A DNA stretch of 62,450 nucleotides, counting the filler, from Stramenopiles sp. TOSAG23-3 (taxonomy: Eukaryota), in NCBI GenBank assembly GCA_900128585.1. It is 8 parts of 8 records of this genome, joined end to end, with 100 filler letters (N's around TTAATTAATTAA, not from the genome) between each part and the next. Parts side by side here need not be neighbours in the genome. Positions count along the whole stretch, not along the records: positions 11,457 to 22,786 come from LT642744.1; positions 22,887 to 34,211 come from LT642745.1; 6 more parts are not named here. The stretch is one strand, 5' to 3'. The position numbers and the translations under genes were made by a program. Below, one piece after another: positions 15,607-26,192 of this stretch. How positions within the stretch are numbered: position 1 is the stretch's first letter; every line of letters begins with the position of its first letter. Below the pieces are notes generated by a model that was not told the DNA's origin, did not search any database, and saw nothing but the letters and a program-made list of their open reading frames with translations.

Positions 15607-17436
15607 TTATATTTGGCTGCGGACAGCGTGAAATGTCCTCCTTTCTTTTACTAAATTCTCCAACTCCGCTCGTTCTGCGGCAGTTGTTGTTGTAAAGCGA
15701 GCGTTTTCTTCGCCACGCTCCCACGCTCTGATCGCACACTGATGCCACTTTGAGATCGAGGCTTCGTTTGTGTTGATCCAACGTCCTTTTCTACCCTTTT
15801 CAAACGCCAGGCCGGCTTCCTCCTGTACCGTCGGCCCGTTCCCCACAAAGAACGTGGCAATAAAAAATTCGTCTACGAAAAAATTGCACGCTACGTTCAA
15901 TTCGCTCCGAACTGGCTCCCACCCCCCTAGCTCTTCTTTGCACTCTCGAACAATGCAGTCCATTGGGGTCTCTTTGAACTCCCGTTTCCCGCCAAAACAT
16001 GTCATAGTGTTCGCAGCCACTGTTGCGGACACGTCCCTGCACTCAACGTAAACCCTGTTGTCGGCCTCCGACGGGCTGGTCAAGATAATGCAGGAAAATG
16101 GCGGCGCTCGGGCCAGCGGCCTGGCGGACAGAAACGCCCCGACCCTTTTGCGCACGTTTCGACGGATGTTAAAGTAGAACAATTCGTAGTCAATCGGGTG
16201 GTACCAGCCGAAAAGGCAAATGTTTTGCATTAACCCTAACTTTGACGTCGGAAGGGACGGGACGGCAATGGTGCCATTGTCTGTCCCTCGCGTGTAGAAC
16301 TTGGACGTTTCTGTGGGAAACGTTCGTCGTACACGGGTCGTCTCAAAATTGAGCGGTCGGTTGGAGATTACCTCGAAGAGACCGTAGGGCCTTTCGAGCG
16401 TTGTCTCTGCGGCGGCTAGGCCCAACCATTCGTCTTTCTCTACGCTATATTTCACGCTCGAAGGCCCGGACGCATAAGTTTTCGCCGCTGGGCAAAACGT
16501 TAGTGGGTCCGTATTGATGGTTTTTCCGAACTGGTCTCCCGGCTCCGAGGCAAAGTGGCCCGGCCACTCCTCAAAAGCGTGGTGAAAGGGAGGAAGAAAA
16601 GAACTGTACCACTCGCTGCCAATGTCCCACCCTACGACACAGTGGCAGTCGGTCGGCGTTTCGCTTATTTTAAAAAACTTGTACACGTTGCGTTTCCTGC
16701 GGCAGTCACCGTTGGAAAACAGGCTCTGCGGCAGGCAGGAGCCTATTATATACGCTGCAACAATTCGCTCCCGAAGCTTTTCGTCGTTTTCTATGACTTC
16801 CAACAACAGCCGGTTCAAATGAAACCCGCCCTGAGAGTGGGAGGCAAGCACGATGGGACCATCGCTGTCAATTTTCGACAGAAAATGTACGAACGCCGAG
16901 CGTACGTCCTCGTACGCCAACCCCAGGGCTTTCCGTCCCGCAACCCCGTCCACCGCAAAACTATCGATGTTTCCCTGCCTGTAGTACGGTGCATAGATAC
17001 GACAGGTACTGTTCAAGACGCTTGCTTGGGTCGACAGCATCCAGTTTCGAGTCTGTTCGCTGGCAGCTGGGCCTTCTTTGGCTCGGGCGTTCCATCGCCT
17101 ACCGTAGTAGCCCGTTGGGTGGACAAAGAAAGCATCGCACAGCCGCTCACTTTCAGGAACGTACGTTTCCGTTTCTGGGACAAGCTCTGCCAGGCTTTTT
17201 CTCCCAGGGTACGCTGCCCAGCTCGCGGGGTCGTTGTCGTAGTCCGGTGCCTTCGTCTCCACCGCAAATTTTTTCGGAGCTATTCTCCGCAGCCTACACA
17301 CCAAACCGGTCACTTTCCACAGTAGCCAATACTTGGAACAGTAGTTCCTCACATAATACAGGAAAGCAACCAGCAGGCTCGTTGCCAACGAGGTTTTCGG
17401 CCACCGGGCAAGAAATTTAGTGAAAACTTGCCCCAT
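15607..17436 (-). CDS. Membrane-anchored DUF3089-like alpha/beta hydrolase fused to a C-terminal Nudix domain
   Basis: N-terminal hydrophobic helix; PDY..PASWAAYP, DAFFVHPT, IYAPYYRQ, ILASHSQG-type nucleophile elbow (VLASHSQGG), YHPIDY; Nudix box GKREFKETPMDCIVRECKEELG fits GX5EX7REUXEEXG. Confidence 0.85.
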   Translation of the reverse strand: MGQVFTKFLARWPKTSLATSLLVAFLYYVRNYCSKYWLLWKVTGLVCRLRRIAPKKFAVETKAPDYDNDPASWAAYPGRKSLAELVPETETYVPESERLCDAFFVHPTGYYGRRWNARAKEGPAASEQTRNWMLSTQASVLNSTCRIYAPYYRQGNIDSFAVDGVAGRKALGLAYEDVRSAFVHFLSKIDSDGPIVLASHSQGGFHLNRLLLEVIENDEKLRERIVAAYIIGSCLPQSLFSNGDCRRKRNVYKFFKISETPTDCHCVVGWDIGSEWYSSFLPPFHHAFEEWPGHFASEPGDQFGKTINTDPLTFCPAAKTYASGPSSVKYSVEKDEWLGLAAAETTLERPYGLFEVISNRPLNFETTRVRRTFPTETSKFYTRGTDNGTIAVPSLPTSKLGLMQNICLFGWYHPIDYELFYFNIRRNVRKRVGAFLSARPLARAPPFSCIILTSPSEADNRVYVECRDVSATVAANTMTCFGGKREFKETPMDCIVRECKEELGGWEPVRSELNVACNFFVDEFFIATFFVGNGPTVQEEAGLAFEKGRKGRWINTNEASISKWHQCAIRAWERGEENARFTTTTAAERAELENLVKERRTFHAVRSQI

Positions 17437-18021
17437 GAAGATCAACACTGAAGCAGGTCAAAACGCAAGTTCACTTTATACACAGCCGAACATGTCAACG
17501 GAATAGGGCCAAAAGAAAACACGATGTTCTTCTTATCACACAAGTTTCAGTAATTCTATAAACAATTTTTGTACGCCTTGTAACAATTGGTTCAGGATAA
17601 AGTCTAAGTTTTATATGATATTAGACGACTAGTATATTCAAATTTCAAAAGGACGCTTCTTCGCTGTCCTCTCCCCTCCAGCCTCCAGCGCAGACGACAC
17701 ATCTCAAACCATATTTTTTTAATAATAAAATTTAGTCAACAAAAATAGCGCAGCAGTTTGGTCATTACCGGTTCGGTGGGTATGGGTAAGTACCTTGGTA
17801 TTACAATAATCCGTACAACTTTTGACAATATATAATAAAAAACAAGAGTGTTTCTTCTTCAGTTATTGCAAATGAAGAAGAAGAACAAAATCAAATCCAT
17901 CCCAAGTTTCTATTAATACCGAGATGACCCATAGATGGAAAACGTTTTATTAAGACACACTTAAAAAATGAATTTAAGAGACAAGAGATTACGTTTCAAG
18001 TTATATACTAAAAATACAATT

Positions 18022-19083
18022 TTATTGTTTTACCTTCGCTTGACTGATAGCAAGGCCCCATAACCCGAAAACAATCGGGCAAAGGTATCGCCGAAACCTG
18101 CTCCCGTCCATTTGCATGGCTTCGGCAATTAGCTGGCGGAACGAGTACGACCTCAGCTGCGATGCCATCGGCACGGTAAGCATCAACCCTAATGTCGCGA
18201 CGAGCTTTGCGATCAAGGTCCGGTCGCGCACTTTCGAAGACGTCAAAAGGGCAATGCCTAAAAACAGTTCGAGTCCCCCAAAGCACCTGGCGACGAGATT
18301 TCGCTGCGGAGTCCACGTGGGGAAAAGAGCCTCCGTGTTCATCACGTTCTTCAAATGGATGGATCCGCTCGAGACCAGCCCGCTCGCTAGCAAGGCGGAC
18401 GAGACCCAACTCGTGCTGCCCAAGAGCCCCGTCGTGTGCCCTAAGCAGCACCCAATTCCAAAGAGGACAAAGGCCCTGTCCCAATATTTTTCAAGGTAGT
18501 ACATCACCGTTCCAAAAGTGTCCAAAGATTTCCGACCGTCTGAAAAGGAGCCGTCCAGCGCTTGGTTGAACATTTTCTTGTAAATCCTGGCCTGTTTCTT
18601 TTTCTGCCGGGTCTTCAACAGTTCTAACTTGTCTAACTCCTTTATTGTTTTCTTGTTCCCGGGATCAACGACCAAGAGCTGCTTGAAGTCTTTCCTCGCC
18701 AAATCGTACTCTCCAAGCTTCGTGTTGGCCACCCCCCGTCGAAACAGCGCTTTGATAGACTCCTCGTTCAGCTCCAGGGCTTTGTCACACTGCCGCCTCG
18801 CCTCGTAAAACTCTTTTTGCTTCAAGTGACACGCGGCCAAGTTCGTGTAGCACGGCTCCCTCTGCTGCTTGGCCCTCCGGGCATCGCCCGAACCGAACGC
18901 GAAGTCGGAACTGATGTAGCTTAGCGCGCGATTATACTCTTTTATCGCTCCCGCATAATCTTTTTTTTTGAAGAACCCATTACCCTTCTCTTGCGCACTC
19001 TTTGCAGCCTCTAACTTTTCTCCCGGAGTCATATCCGAATCGTCCTTAGAACTTTTCGAGCTGCCTCCTAGATCAGGCTCCAT
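18022..19083 (-). CDS. FKBP/Cyp40-type three-TPR co-chaperone-like protein with C-terminal transmembrane region
   Basis: EKGNGFFKKKDY..AIKEY..AL, NLAACHLK, KALFRRG..ARKDF..DPGN; no PPIase domain; 3-4 hydrophobic segments at the C-terminus. Confidence 0.85.
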   Translation of the reverse strand: MEPDLGGSSKSSKDDSDMTPGEKLEAAKSAQEKGNGFFKKKDYAGAIKEYNRALSYISSDFAFGSGDARRAKQQREPCYTNLAACHLKQKEFYEARRQCDKALELNEESIKALFRRGVANTKLGEYDLARKDFKQLLVVDPGNKKTIKELDKLELLKTRQKKKQARIYKKMFNQALDGSFSDGRKSLDTFGTVMYYLEKYWDRAFVLFGIGCCLGHTTGLLGSTSWVSSALLASGLVSSGSIHLKNVMNTEALFPTWTPQRNLVARCFGGLELFLGIALLTSSKVRDRTLIAKLVATLGLMLTVPMASQLRSYSFRQLIAEAMQMDGSRFRRYLCPIVFGLWGLAISQAKVKQ

Positions 19084-19780
19084 CTTCTTAAAAGAAGCGT
19101 GTTGAATTCAAAGCAGTAAAAAGCTGAACGAGGGAGAGGGAAGGGAAGGACAACAGCAATATTTCTCTTCGTTATGGATAAATAATCAAAACGGTCGCAA
19201 TTATCAAACAAAACTCTTTTAAATAAGCACAGATATCCTTTGTACTTACGAGTACTTGCCTTACTTCTCAAAGGGACGATGTGTATAAAAAATTTGATCA
19301 TTATTTTTTGCCTCTTCTTCTTCTTCTTCTTCTTCTTCTCCTCGTTCATCACTTTTAAAAATATTTTCCATATTAAGGAAAATATATACACATATCTTAT
19401 TTTATCGCTTCATGAATATTTATTTTCTTTTTATATATTTGTTTATGACGAAGTGATAAAAAGGCAATCTCGACGATGATATACAGATACCTTAATTGTG
19501 ATTTGAAGATCCGGTTTGTTGTTCCTCCGTTCTTCTTCCCTTTCGTCGTCCGTTCTTTCTTCTTCTTTCTTCTTCGTCCGTCGCACCAATCAACCACTCA
19601 ATTGTGAAGAAACGGTTTGTGTTATAAAATTTAATTCGTTATCAAACAATAAGATAAATAAAACAAAACACAAGAAAACCAATTCGTCGTGTCGTTTGTT
19701 TCTCGTTGTTGAAACAGTAGTGTGGGAGGAAGAAAAAGCATCGTCGAGAAGTGGTAAGTAGTTTGTGCGTAGCGATAGGC

Positions 19781-20473
19781 ATGAGTTCGTGGTTTGAACA
19801 ACTTGGTGAATTCGTGGCACCCTCGCCCGAAAAGGGCAAACAGGGAAAGAGCGTGAATGCACCGAATCAGTTTGCAGCGGAGAGTTTAGTGGACTGCAGC
19901 CGTGTCTTTGTAAAGAACGACTCTTATGGAGGGGCAGGGGCGTTCGCCACGTGCAATATTCGGAATGGCGAATTAGTTGAAAAGGGCATCGTTCGCCGTC
20001 TGACTAATGTGGACGGGAACGAGAACCCGTACGTTTTCACGTGGAGCGACGTCGTCCCGTCCCCTACGTGGGCCGTAGGAAGCGGGTGCTCAACGTTTTA
20101 CAACACTGCGGCAGAGGACAAAGCAAACACGCACATGAAGCGAATTTACGACGAAGACAGGTTCGAGATATACGCCACCAAAGAGATAGCGGCAGGAGAA
20201 GAACTGCTGCACGTTTACAAGTCGAAGAAGTGGCGCCAGTGCTTCAAGCCACTGAACGACGACGCAGCAACTTCAAGTTCGTCTGAAGCGGTCAACGTAT
20301 CAGAGAAGAAGGAGGAAACGGCGCCGCTGGTGACTGGCGAACCAATGGAGGACTCGTCGGCACTGGCCGAACCGGCCGAAGCGTCGACACCGGCCGCACC
20401 GTCAGCGGGCCAAAAGGACACGTTATTAAATGCTTTTTTTGACGCTCCGGTTAAGGTTGCTAAAGCCGACTAA
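19781..20473 (+). CDS. Small SET-domain protein (bacterial/viral-type minimal SET)
   Basis: GAGAFATCNIRNGELV, FYNT..ANT, IYATKEIAAGEELLHVY. Confidence 0.8.
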   Translation: MSSWFEQLGEFVAPSPEKGKQGKSVNAPNQFAAESLVDCSRVFVKNDSYGGAGAFATCNIRNGELVEKGIVRRLTNVDGNENPYVFTWSDVVPSPTWAVGSGCSTFYNTAAEDKANTHMKRIYDEDRFEIYATKEIAAGEELLHVYKSKKWRQCFKPLNDDAATSSSSEAVNVSEKKEETAPLVTGEPMEDSSALAEPAEASTPAAPSAGQKDTLLNAFFDAPVKVAKAD

Positions 20474-20712
20474 CGGCGGGCCAGCGATCGACCTGCGAAA
20501 AATCCAGTTGATAAAATGTTTTATACTGGTTGAGATAAAAATAATTTAGGAGAAGAAACAAAAGAGGCACACGTATCTAGTAAATTCGTAAAGCATACTC
20601 TTACTATCCTTTTTTTAAATGTATATATTTTAATTGTTTTAAATCCCGGGTAGTAGTATATGGGGGTGGCCCGTCCGCCCGTTTAAAAAACGATTCTCTC
20701 TTCTTTCTTCTT

Positions 20713-21690
20713 TTAAAACGTTGTGAATGGATCCGCACCTTCGTACGTTGGCTCTTCTGGTTCTTCCAAAGAGTCTGGGTATGGGTCGAAGTTACTGGTA
20801 TCCGCCGCGCCGGAGACGTTTGGAATAATGGGGGCGGTCAGCTTCAAGGCCATCAATTCTGCAAAGTCAAACCCGTTGTACCATTTATGCCCCTTCACGT
20901 CCTTCGCGCCGTTCTTCAAGCACCCGTAGCGCTTCGTCAGGTCGGTGGCCAGCAACTTTTTAATTAAACTCTTTGCCTGGCGGTCGAAAAATCTCGGGAA
21001 GCTCACCTTTCCGGCTAATATCTGCTGGTAAATTCCCATGGGATCGTCGTCCACGAACGGGGGCTGGCCGGCCAACATTTCGTACGACAGGATGCCGAGC
21101 GTCCACCAATCCACGCCTTTCCCGTGGCCCTTGTTCAAGAGCACCTCGGGCGCAATGTATTCCGGGGTACCGCACAGGGTGTACGTTTTGAAGGCAACGA
21201 CTTTTGCAAAGCCAAAGTCGGTTAGCTTCAAGTAACCCTTGGTGTCCAGGAGCAGGTTCTCCGGCTTTAAATCACGGTAGATCGTGTCCGACGTGTGCAA
21301 GTACTCGAAAATTTCGGATATCTGGGCCGCGTAGAACCGCGCGGCGTTGTTGTCCAGGCGCCCCGCTTTTCTCAAATGGGTAAAGAACTCGCCCCCACAG
21401 ATGTACTCCAACGCCATGTACAGGTACCGGGAGTCCTGAAAGGTCGCGCTCAAGTTGACTACGAAAGGGTGCGCAATCCGTTTTAATATGGTCTTTTCGG
21501 AGATCATGTGGTCGACCTGTTGGAGGCGAACAACTTCGACCTTCTTTAACATCTTTATTGCCCATATGGATTGGTTCGCTTTGTGCGTCGCCAGGCGAAC
21601 CCTCCCAAAGGACCCGGTCCCCAAGGTAACGCCTACTTCAAAGTCTGCTAGGGTAGTGTTTTCATCAAGCTTTGCAACGGGGGTGGCCAT
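20713..21690 (-). CDS. PKA-C: cAMP-dependent protein kinase catalytic subunit
   Basis: LGTGSFGRV, YRDLKPEN, DFGFAK, TLCGTPEYIAPE, DWWTLG, DTSNFD and C-terminal FxxF. The real start is ATG at 21690 (MATPVAK). Confidence 0.96.
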   Translation of the reverse strand: MATPVAKLDENTTLADFEVGVTLGTGSFGRVRLATHKANQSIWAIKMLKKVEVVRLQQVDHMISEKTILKRIAHPFVVNLSATFQDSRYLYMALEYICGGEFFTHLRKAGRLDNNAARFYAAQISEIFEYLHTSDTIYRDLKPENLLLDTKGYLKLTDFGFAKVVAFKTYTLCGTPEYIAPEVLLNKGHGKGVDWWTLGILSYEMLAGQPPFVDDDPMGIYQQILAGKVSFPRFFDRQAKSLIKKLLATDLTKRYGCLKNGAKDVKGHKWYNGFDFAELMALKLTAPIIPNVSGAADTSNFDPYPDSLEEPEEPTYEGADPFTTF

Positions 21691-21958
21691 TCTTTCTGTA
21701 TCTCGTTTTCTCTCTCTCTTTCGAAGGACACGATATGTATTTATATATATGTATATATCAAACGAAAAAAAAACAAACAAAAAAAGGTTCTTGGTAAGGT
21801 CTCAAATTGTCTTGAAACGTTCTAGAAAACAATCTTTCCGCTGAATGACTTTCCTTTCCTGCGATTTCTTACTTGCATTTTCTGTTTCCATTGCCTTCAT
21901 TACATTTCGTAATTTGGCATAAAATTGACCATTTTTTTTTGTCCATGTCTTTGTAATT

Positions 21959-22022
21959 ATATATTAAACGTTTCGTTTACTATACTGTGTGTATATTAAA
22001 CGTTTCGTTTACTATACTGTGT
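21959..22022. repeat. Short tandem duplication (~32 bp x2)
   Basis: tatattaaacgtttcgtttactatactgtgt is present twice in tandem. Confidence 0.8.
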
Positions 22023-22886
22023 CTATAGTATAAGGAATCCATGCTAAATAATATAATATACATATTCCATGCATTGTCTTGTTCAAAGACAGCCTTCATT
22101 GTAGTTCGTTTTGTACGCATCGGTGCAATTACGTTTAAAGTATGGAGAAGGTAAGTGCATTACCGTTAAATTATTTGGAAGTGAAACGTTCCCATGGATG
22201 TAAAAACAATGTAGTAGTACATATCATGTACCATAATTATTTAAATATATCATATGTTATTTTTACTTTAGAATACTTTTCATAAGAATGTATTTAAATT
22301 GTAAAACAACGTACCACGAAGTTGAAAAAAATTCGTTTTTCGTGAATCTCTTTAAGAAACAATGTCATGATTAAGGAATCTATGATAAAACAAAGGAACC
22401 TTCTTTCTTGGTATTATCTATCCTGTATCCCTTTTATATAAAATGCTTTGGTTTGAATTAAAATGATGTTTGATTCTATGTTCTTATTAATAGTATCCCG
22501 AATCGACAATGTGGTCACCATTATAGATACAGGCAATACAATATAAAAAAGGGAAAACTTTAATCTCTCTATCCATCTCATAATGATCACCCTTAATTCT
22601 GGCTTAGTTCGCCCAAGCCTAATTTTTTGTAACGAATATATGAGACTCTTATATTCTTGTATATATAAGAAAGAGAAACTAATAAATTTAAATAGGATTA
22701 TTATGTAATATTATTTATATTTTATCAACCCTAACCATAACACTAACCTATATGATTGTGAGAGAAGAAGAAGAAGAAAATGATCANNNNNNNNNNNNNN
22801 NNNNNNNNNNNNNNNNNNNNNNNNNNNNNNTTAATTAATTAANNNNNNNNNNNNNNNNNNNNNNNNNNNNNNNNNNNNNNNNNNNN

Positions 22887-23096
22887 TCTTCTTCTTCTTC
22901 TTCTTCTTCTTCTTCTTCTTCTTCTTCTTCTTCTTCTTCTTCTTCTTCTTTCTCTTCTTCTTCTTCTTTCTTCTTCTTCTACTTCTTCTTCTTCTTCTTC
23001 TTCTTTCTCTTCTTCTTCTTCTTTCTTCTTCTTCTACTTCTTCTTCTTTCTTCTTCTTCTTCTTCTTCTTCTTCTTCTTCTTCTTCTTCTTCTTCT
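22887..23096. repeat. (TTC)n microsatellite at contig start
   Basis: About 210 bp of near-pure TTC repeats. Confidence 0.97.
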
Positions 23097-24214
23097 ATAA
23101 TATTAAGGTTAATAATAATTATTAAAAAATCGATGGCTATTATTATATGTTGGCATTTTTATTGTATAGTTATTTATAATTTTGAATTCTAAATAAGATA
23201 TATTTTATTCTATTTATAATTATTAATTCATATTCCTTATTTTTACTTTGATGGGTCGTTCGTTGAGTGGTGTTGGTGGATGGTGAAAAGTACGATGTAA
23301 TAATAATAATAAAAAGACACTATATAACAATAGTAGTCTTTTGTTATAGTCTAATTTTTTTAGTTAGAAGGCCAGTTAGTAGGCAGTTAGTAAACTTCGT
23401 ATTTTAGTAGTAAATTTAAATGTTTAAATTATTAAAACAAACGAAAGCTGTGCAATGCTGTTGAAAAAATAAATAGGTCGATAATATTATTGTATACTAA
23501 TTATATAATTACAAGTAGGAATATTTACAATAAGATCGACTTAATAGGTAAAATACGAAGTAAATCTTTCTTCAGATTTTTAGAAATTAAATTACAGGCT
23601 AATACAGTGTAGTCTGAATCGAAGATTTTAGCAGGGGACCTCTTATTTGAAATAAAAGCCTCTTATTTCTCTAATGGTGTGTAGTATTAATATTACAATT
23701 GCTGTGTGGTGTAAATCGCAAAACTCTTATTTGACATATGTACTATTTTGTATACTAAAAATATATTCATAGGAGTCCGAATATATGAAGGAGGAAATTA
23801 ATAATTTTCATTTTTCTTCTTCATTCTATTACATTATATAATATATGGACAGACACTACACTATAATACACGTACGTAAGAGACCATCATCATCCCCACT
23901 CCCCACTGCGGTATTATAAGGAATTTTGATTTTCTGTCGATCATTTTCCTTCTTATTTCAATGCTAATTTTTCTTCATCATGACAACAACATCATCATTA
24001 CCTCGTTTTTTTTGTTTTGTTAGTTTGAATGAGTGGGTACAAAGTTGGTTGTGAACATCCATCCATTGGATACATTCAATATTTGTAATACAAGCAAATA
24101 AAAACCAAGAGTAGACTAAGAAACCACGTTAAAAAAATCTCAACAACACGAAGAGAGAGAGAGAGAGAAAGAAAGCGTTTTCCATCGTCACCAATCGTTT
24201 TAAATATTTTCAAC

Positions 24215-25204
24215 ATGCACGTCAGCCGCCGCTTCTTTTCAAAATTCGGGAAAGCACGGGTTTCCTCTCTGGGGAAGACTGCGAAGTTTTCAGTCATTGC
24301 TGCCGTCGGAACGGGCCAGATGGGAGGCGTATTATGTAAGCGACTGGCAGGAGACGGTCACACAGTTTTGCTAGCGGGCGAACCGTGCTCCCTACCAGAA
24401 CGCCAAGCCCTTGCGGCGGTGGAAACGAAAGGGACCCTGGAAGTTGTGGAGGACATCACTGAGGCAGTTGAAAAGGCGGACGTTGTGTTGACCTGTCTTC
24501 CAAACTCTATCGTAGTCAACGAGGTTCTCAACGAAATCATTAGTAGCCCCAACGGCCCGCTTTCGAACGCCACGTTGTGGTTAGATGCGACGTCTGGAAA
24601 CCCAGCGGTGTCGAAAACCATCGGGGAAAGGCTGCTGGAGTTCGAAGTTGATTTTGTGGACTGTGCGGTCAGTGGAGGGCCAGCCGGGGCCGAGGAGGGC
24701 ATTTTGACCTCGATGATAGGGGGGGCGGACGATGCATCCGAACGTGCAGAACCATATTTGAACTCGTTTTCCTCGAATGTTGTGCATGTCGGCCCGACTG
24801 GCTCTGGGCACGCGGTAAAGTGCGTTAACAATGCAATGATGGCCACCAACCTTTGGGTTGCCGCGGAAGGAGTGTTGGCGTTGAAAAAGTTTGGAGTGTC
24901 CCCTCAAGCTGCCCTCGATGCCATCAATACATCCTCCGGCAGAAGCTGGGGCAGCCAGAACAGGATCCCAGGCCACGTGCTTACACGAAAGTTCGATTAC
25001 GGGTTTCATTTGGATCTGTTGGAAAAGGACCACCGCACATGCTTGGAGAGTGTGGTGAAACCCACAGGCAGTTGCGCCCCGATCCTGAGTGCAATGCATA
25101 CGAACTTAAAAATTGCCCAAAGCATATTGAAAAACCCAGCGGCCGATCATGTCGAAATCTGCAAGATTCTAGAAATGTGGTCAGATGCAGAGATTAAAGA
25201 ATAA
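24215..25204 (+). CDS. 3-hydroxyisobutyrate dehydrogenase-like / beta-hydroxyacid dehydrogenase, probable mitochondrial presequence
   Basis: VGTGQMG Rossmann motif, TCLP, DATSG, DCAVSGGPAGA, GSGHAVKCVNN, GFHLDLLEKD; Arg/Ser-rich N-terminus. Confidence 0.9.
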   Translation: MHVSRRFFSKFGKARVSSLGKTAKFSVIAAVGTGQMGGVLCKRLAGDGHTVLLAGEPCSLPERQALAAVETKGTLEVVEDITEAVEKADVVLTCLPNSIVVNEVLNEIISSPNGPLSNATLWLDATSGNPAVSKTIGERLLEFEVDFVDCAVSGGPAGAEEGILTSMIGGADDASERAEPYLNSFSSNVVHVGPTGSGHAVKCVNNAMMATNLWVAAEGVLALKKFGVSPQAALDAINTSSGRSWGSQNRIPGHVLTRKFDYGFHLDLLEKDHRTCLESVVKPTGSCAPILSAMHTNLKIAQSILKNPAADHVEICKILEMWSDAEIKE

Positions 25205-26192
25205 AAACGAGAGTGAGCAAATTTAATTGAACGTAATAATACGTATATTATGTTTTTTTTATACGTATTACACACGTTTTGGAACATTACCTGATGATAT
25301 GTTTTTCCTCCTAGAAACTATAACACATTTTGGTTTTTAACACCCTCGTTTAGAACAACACGAGAAGAGGAAAACCCCACAAGGAGGAGAGATGTTTGTT
25401 CGAATTATTTTTTGTTTGTTTTCAATTGACAAAAGGAGCAGATTCACATTCGCGGTGCATGAAGAAGATAAATTTTATATAACCCCAGGAGCAGAGATAA
25501 GTTCGCAACATGAAAAAGATAAATTTTAATTACTTAACCTTTTGTAAATAACAACAGCCAATTTTCTTGTTTTAATTATCATATCTAGGTCTATGATATG
25601 TTACCACTTTTTTTAGTCGTCTAATTAAATATAATATAACTAACAACCAACAAACAACAGCCAGTTTTTAATATGACACATGACTGACATGAGGAGAGAA
25701 GGAAGTAAATTATTTAAATAGAACGACTAAGTTTTATAAAGGGAGGGGGGGAGTGTTATTTATAATTAAATTTTTGTCGCGTCTTTATTACTATAGATAG
25801 ACCGTAGTTGGTGTGTACATCATATAATAATAATAATGATAAAATAATGGCAAGCAACAAAATTATTATATTTTTTATTTTATTCCAAAAAGTAGCAGCT
25901 GTAGTATTAATACCAAGTAGTGAAGTATATATTTAAAAATACAAACTATAATAAAACACAAATTATAGTAACATACATTAGATGACAGAAAGAAGAAAAG
26001 TAAATGGGCATCTCAACTTTTTATACATATTTTTAAAATCTTCTGAACGAAGTTAGGACTTGTTTTGAGGGAAACAAGAAAACGTATTGTTTTGGAGACC
26101 GGCTGTTGGGGATTTTCAGAACGCCAACACCTGTAATTTTCCCCAGCAGAGCGAGCGCTCAAGCGTGTACGTCTGTGAACTGGTAATATAAA

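Noticed and set aside
22726-22752. Telomere-like aaccctaaccataacactaacc (and tttagggttagg at ~46260)
   Set aside because: Too short and degenerate to call telomeric.
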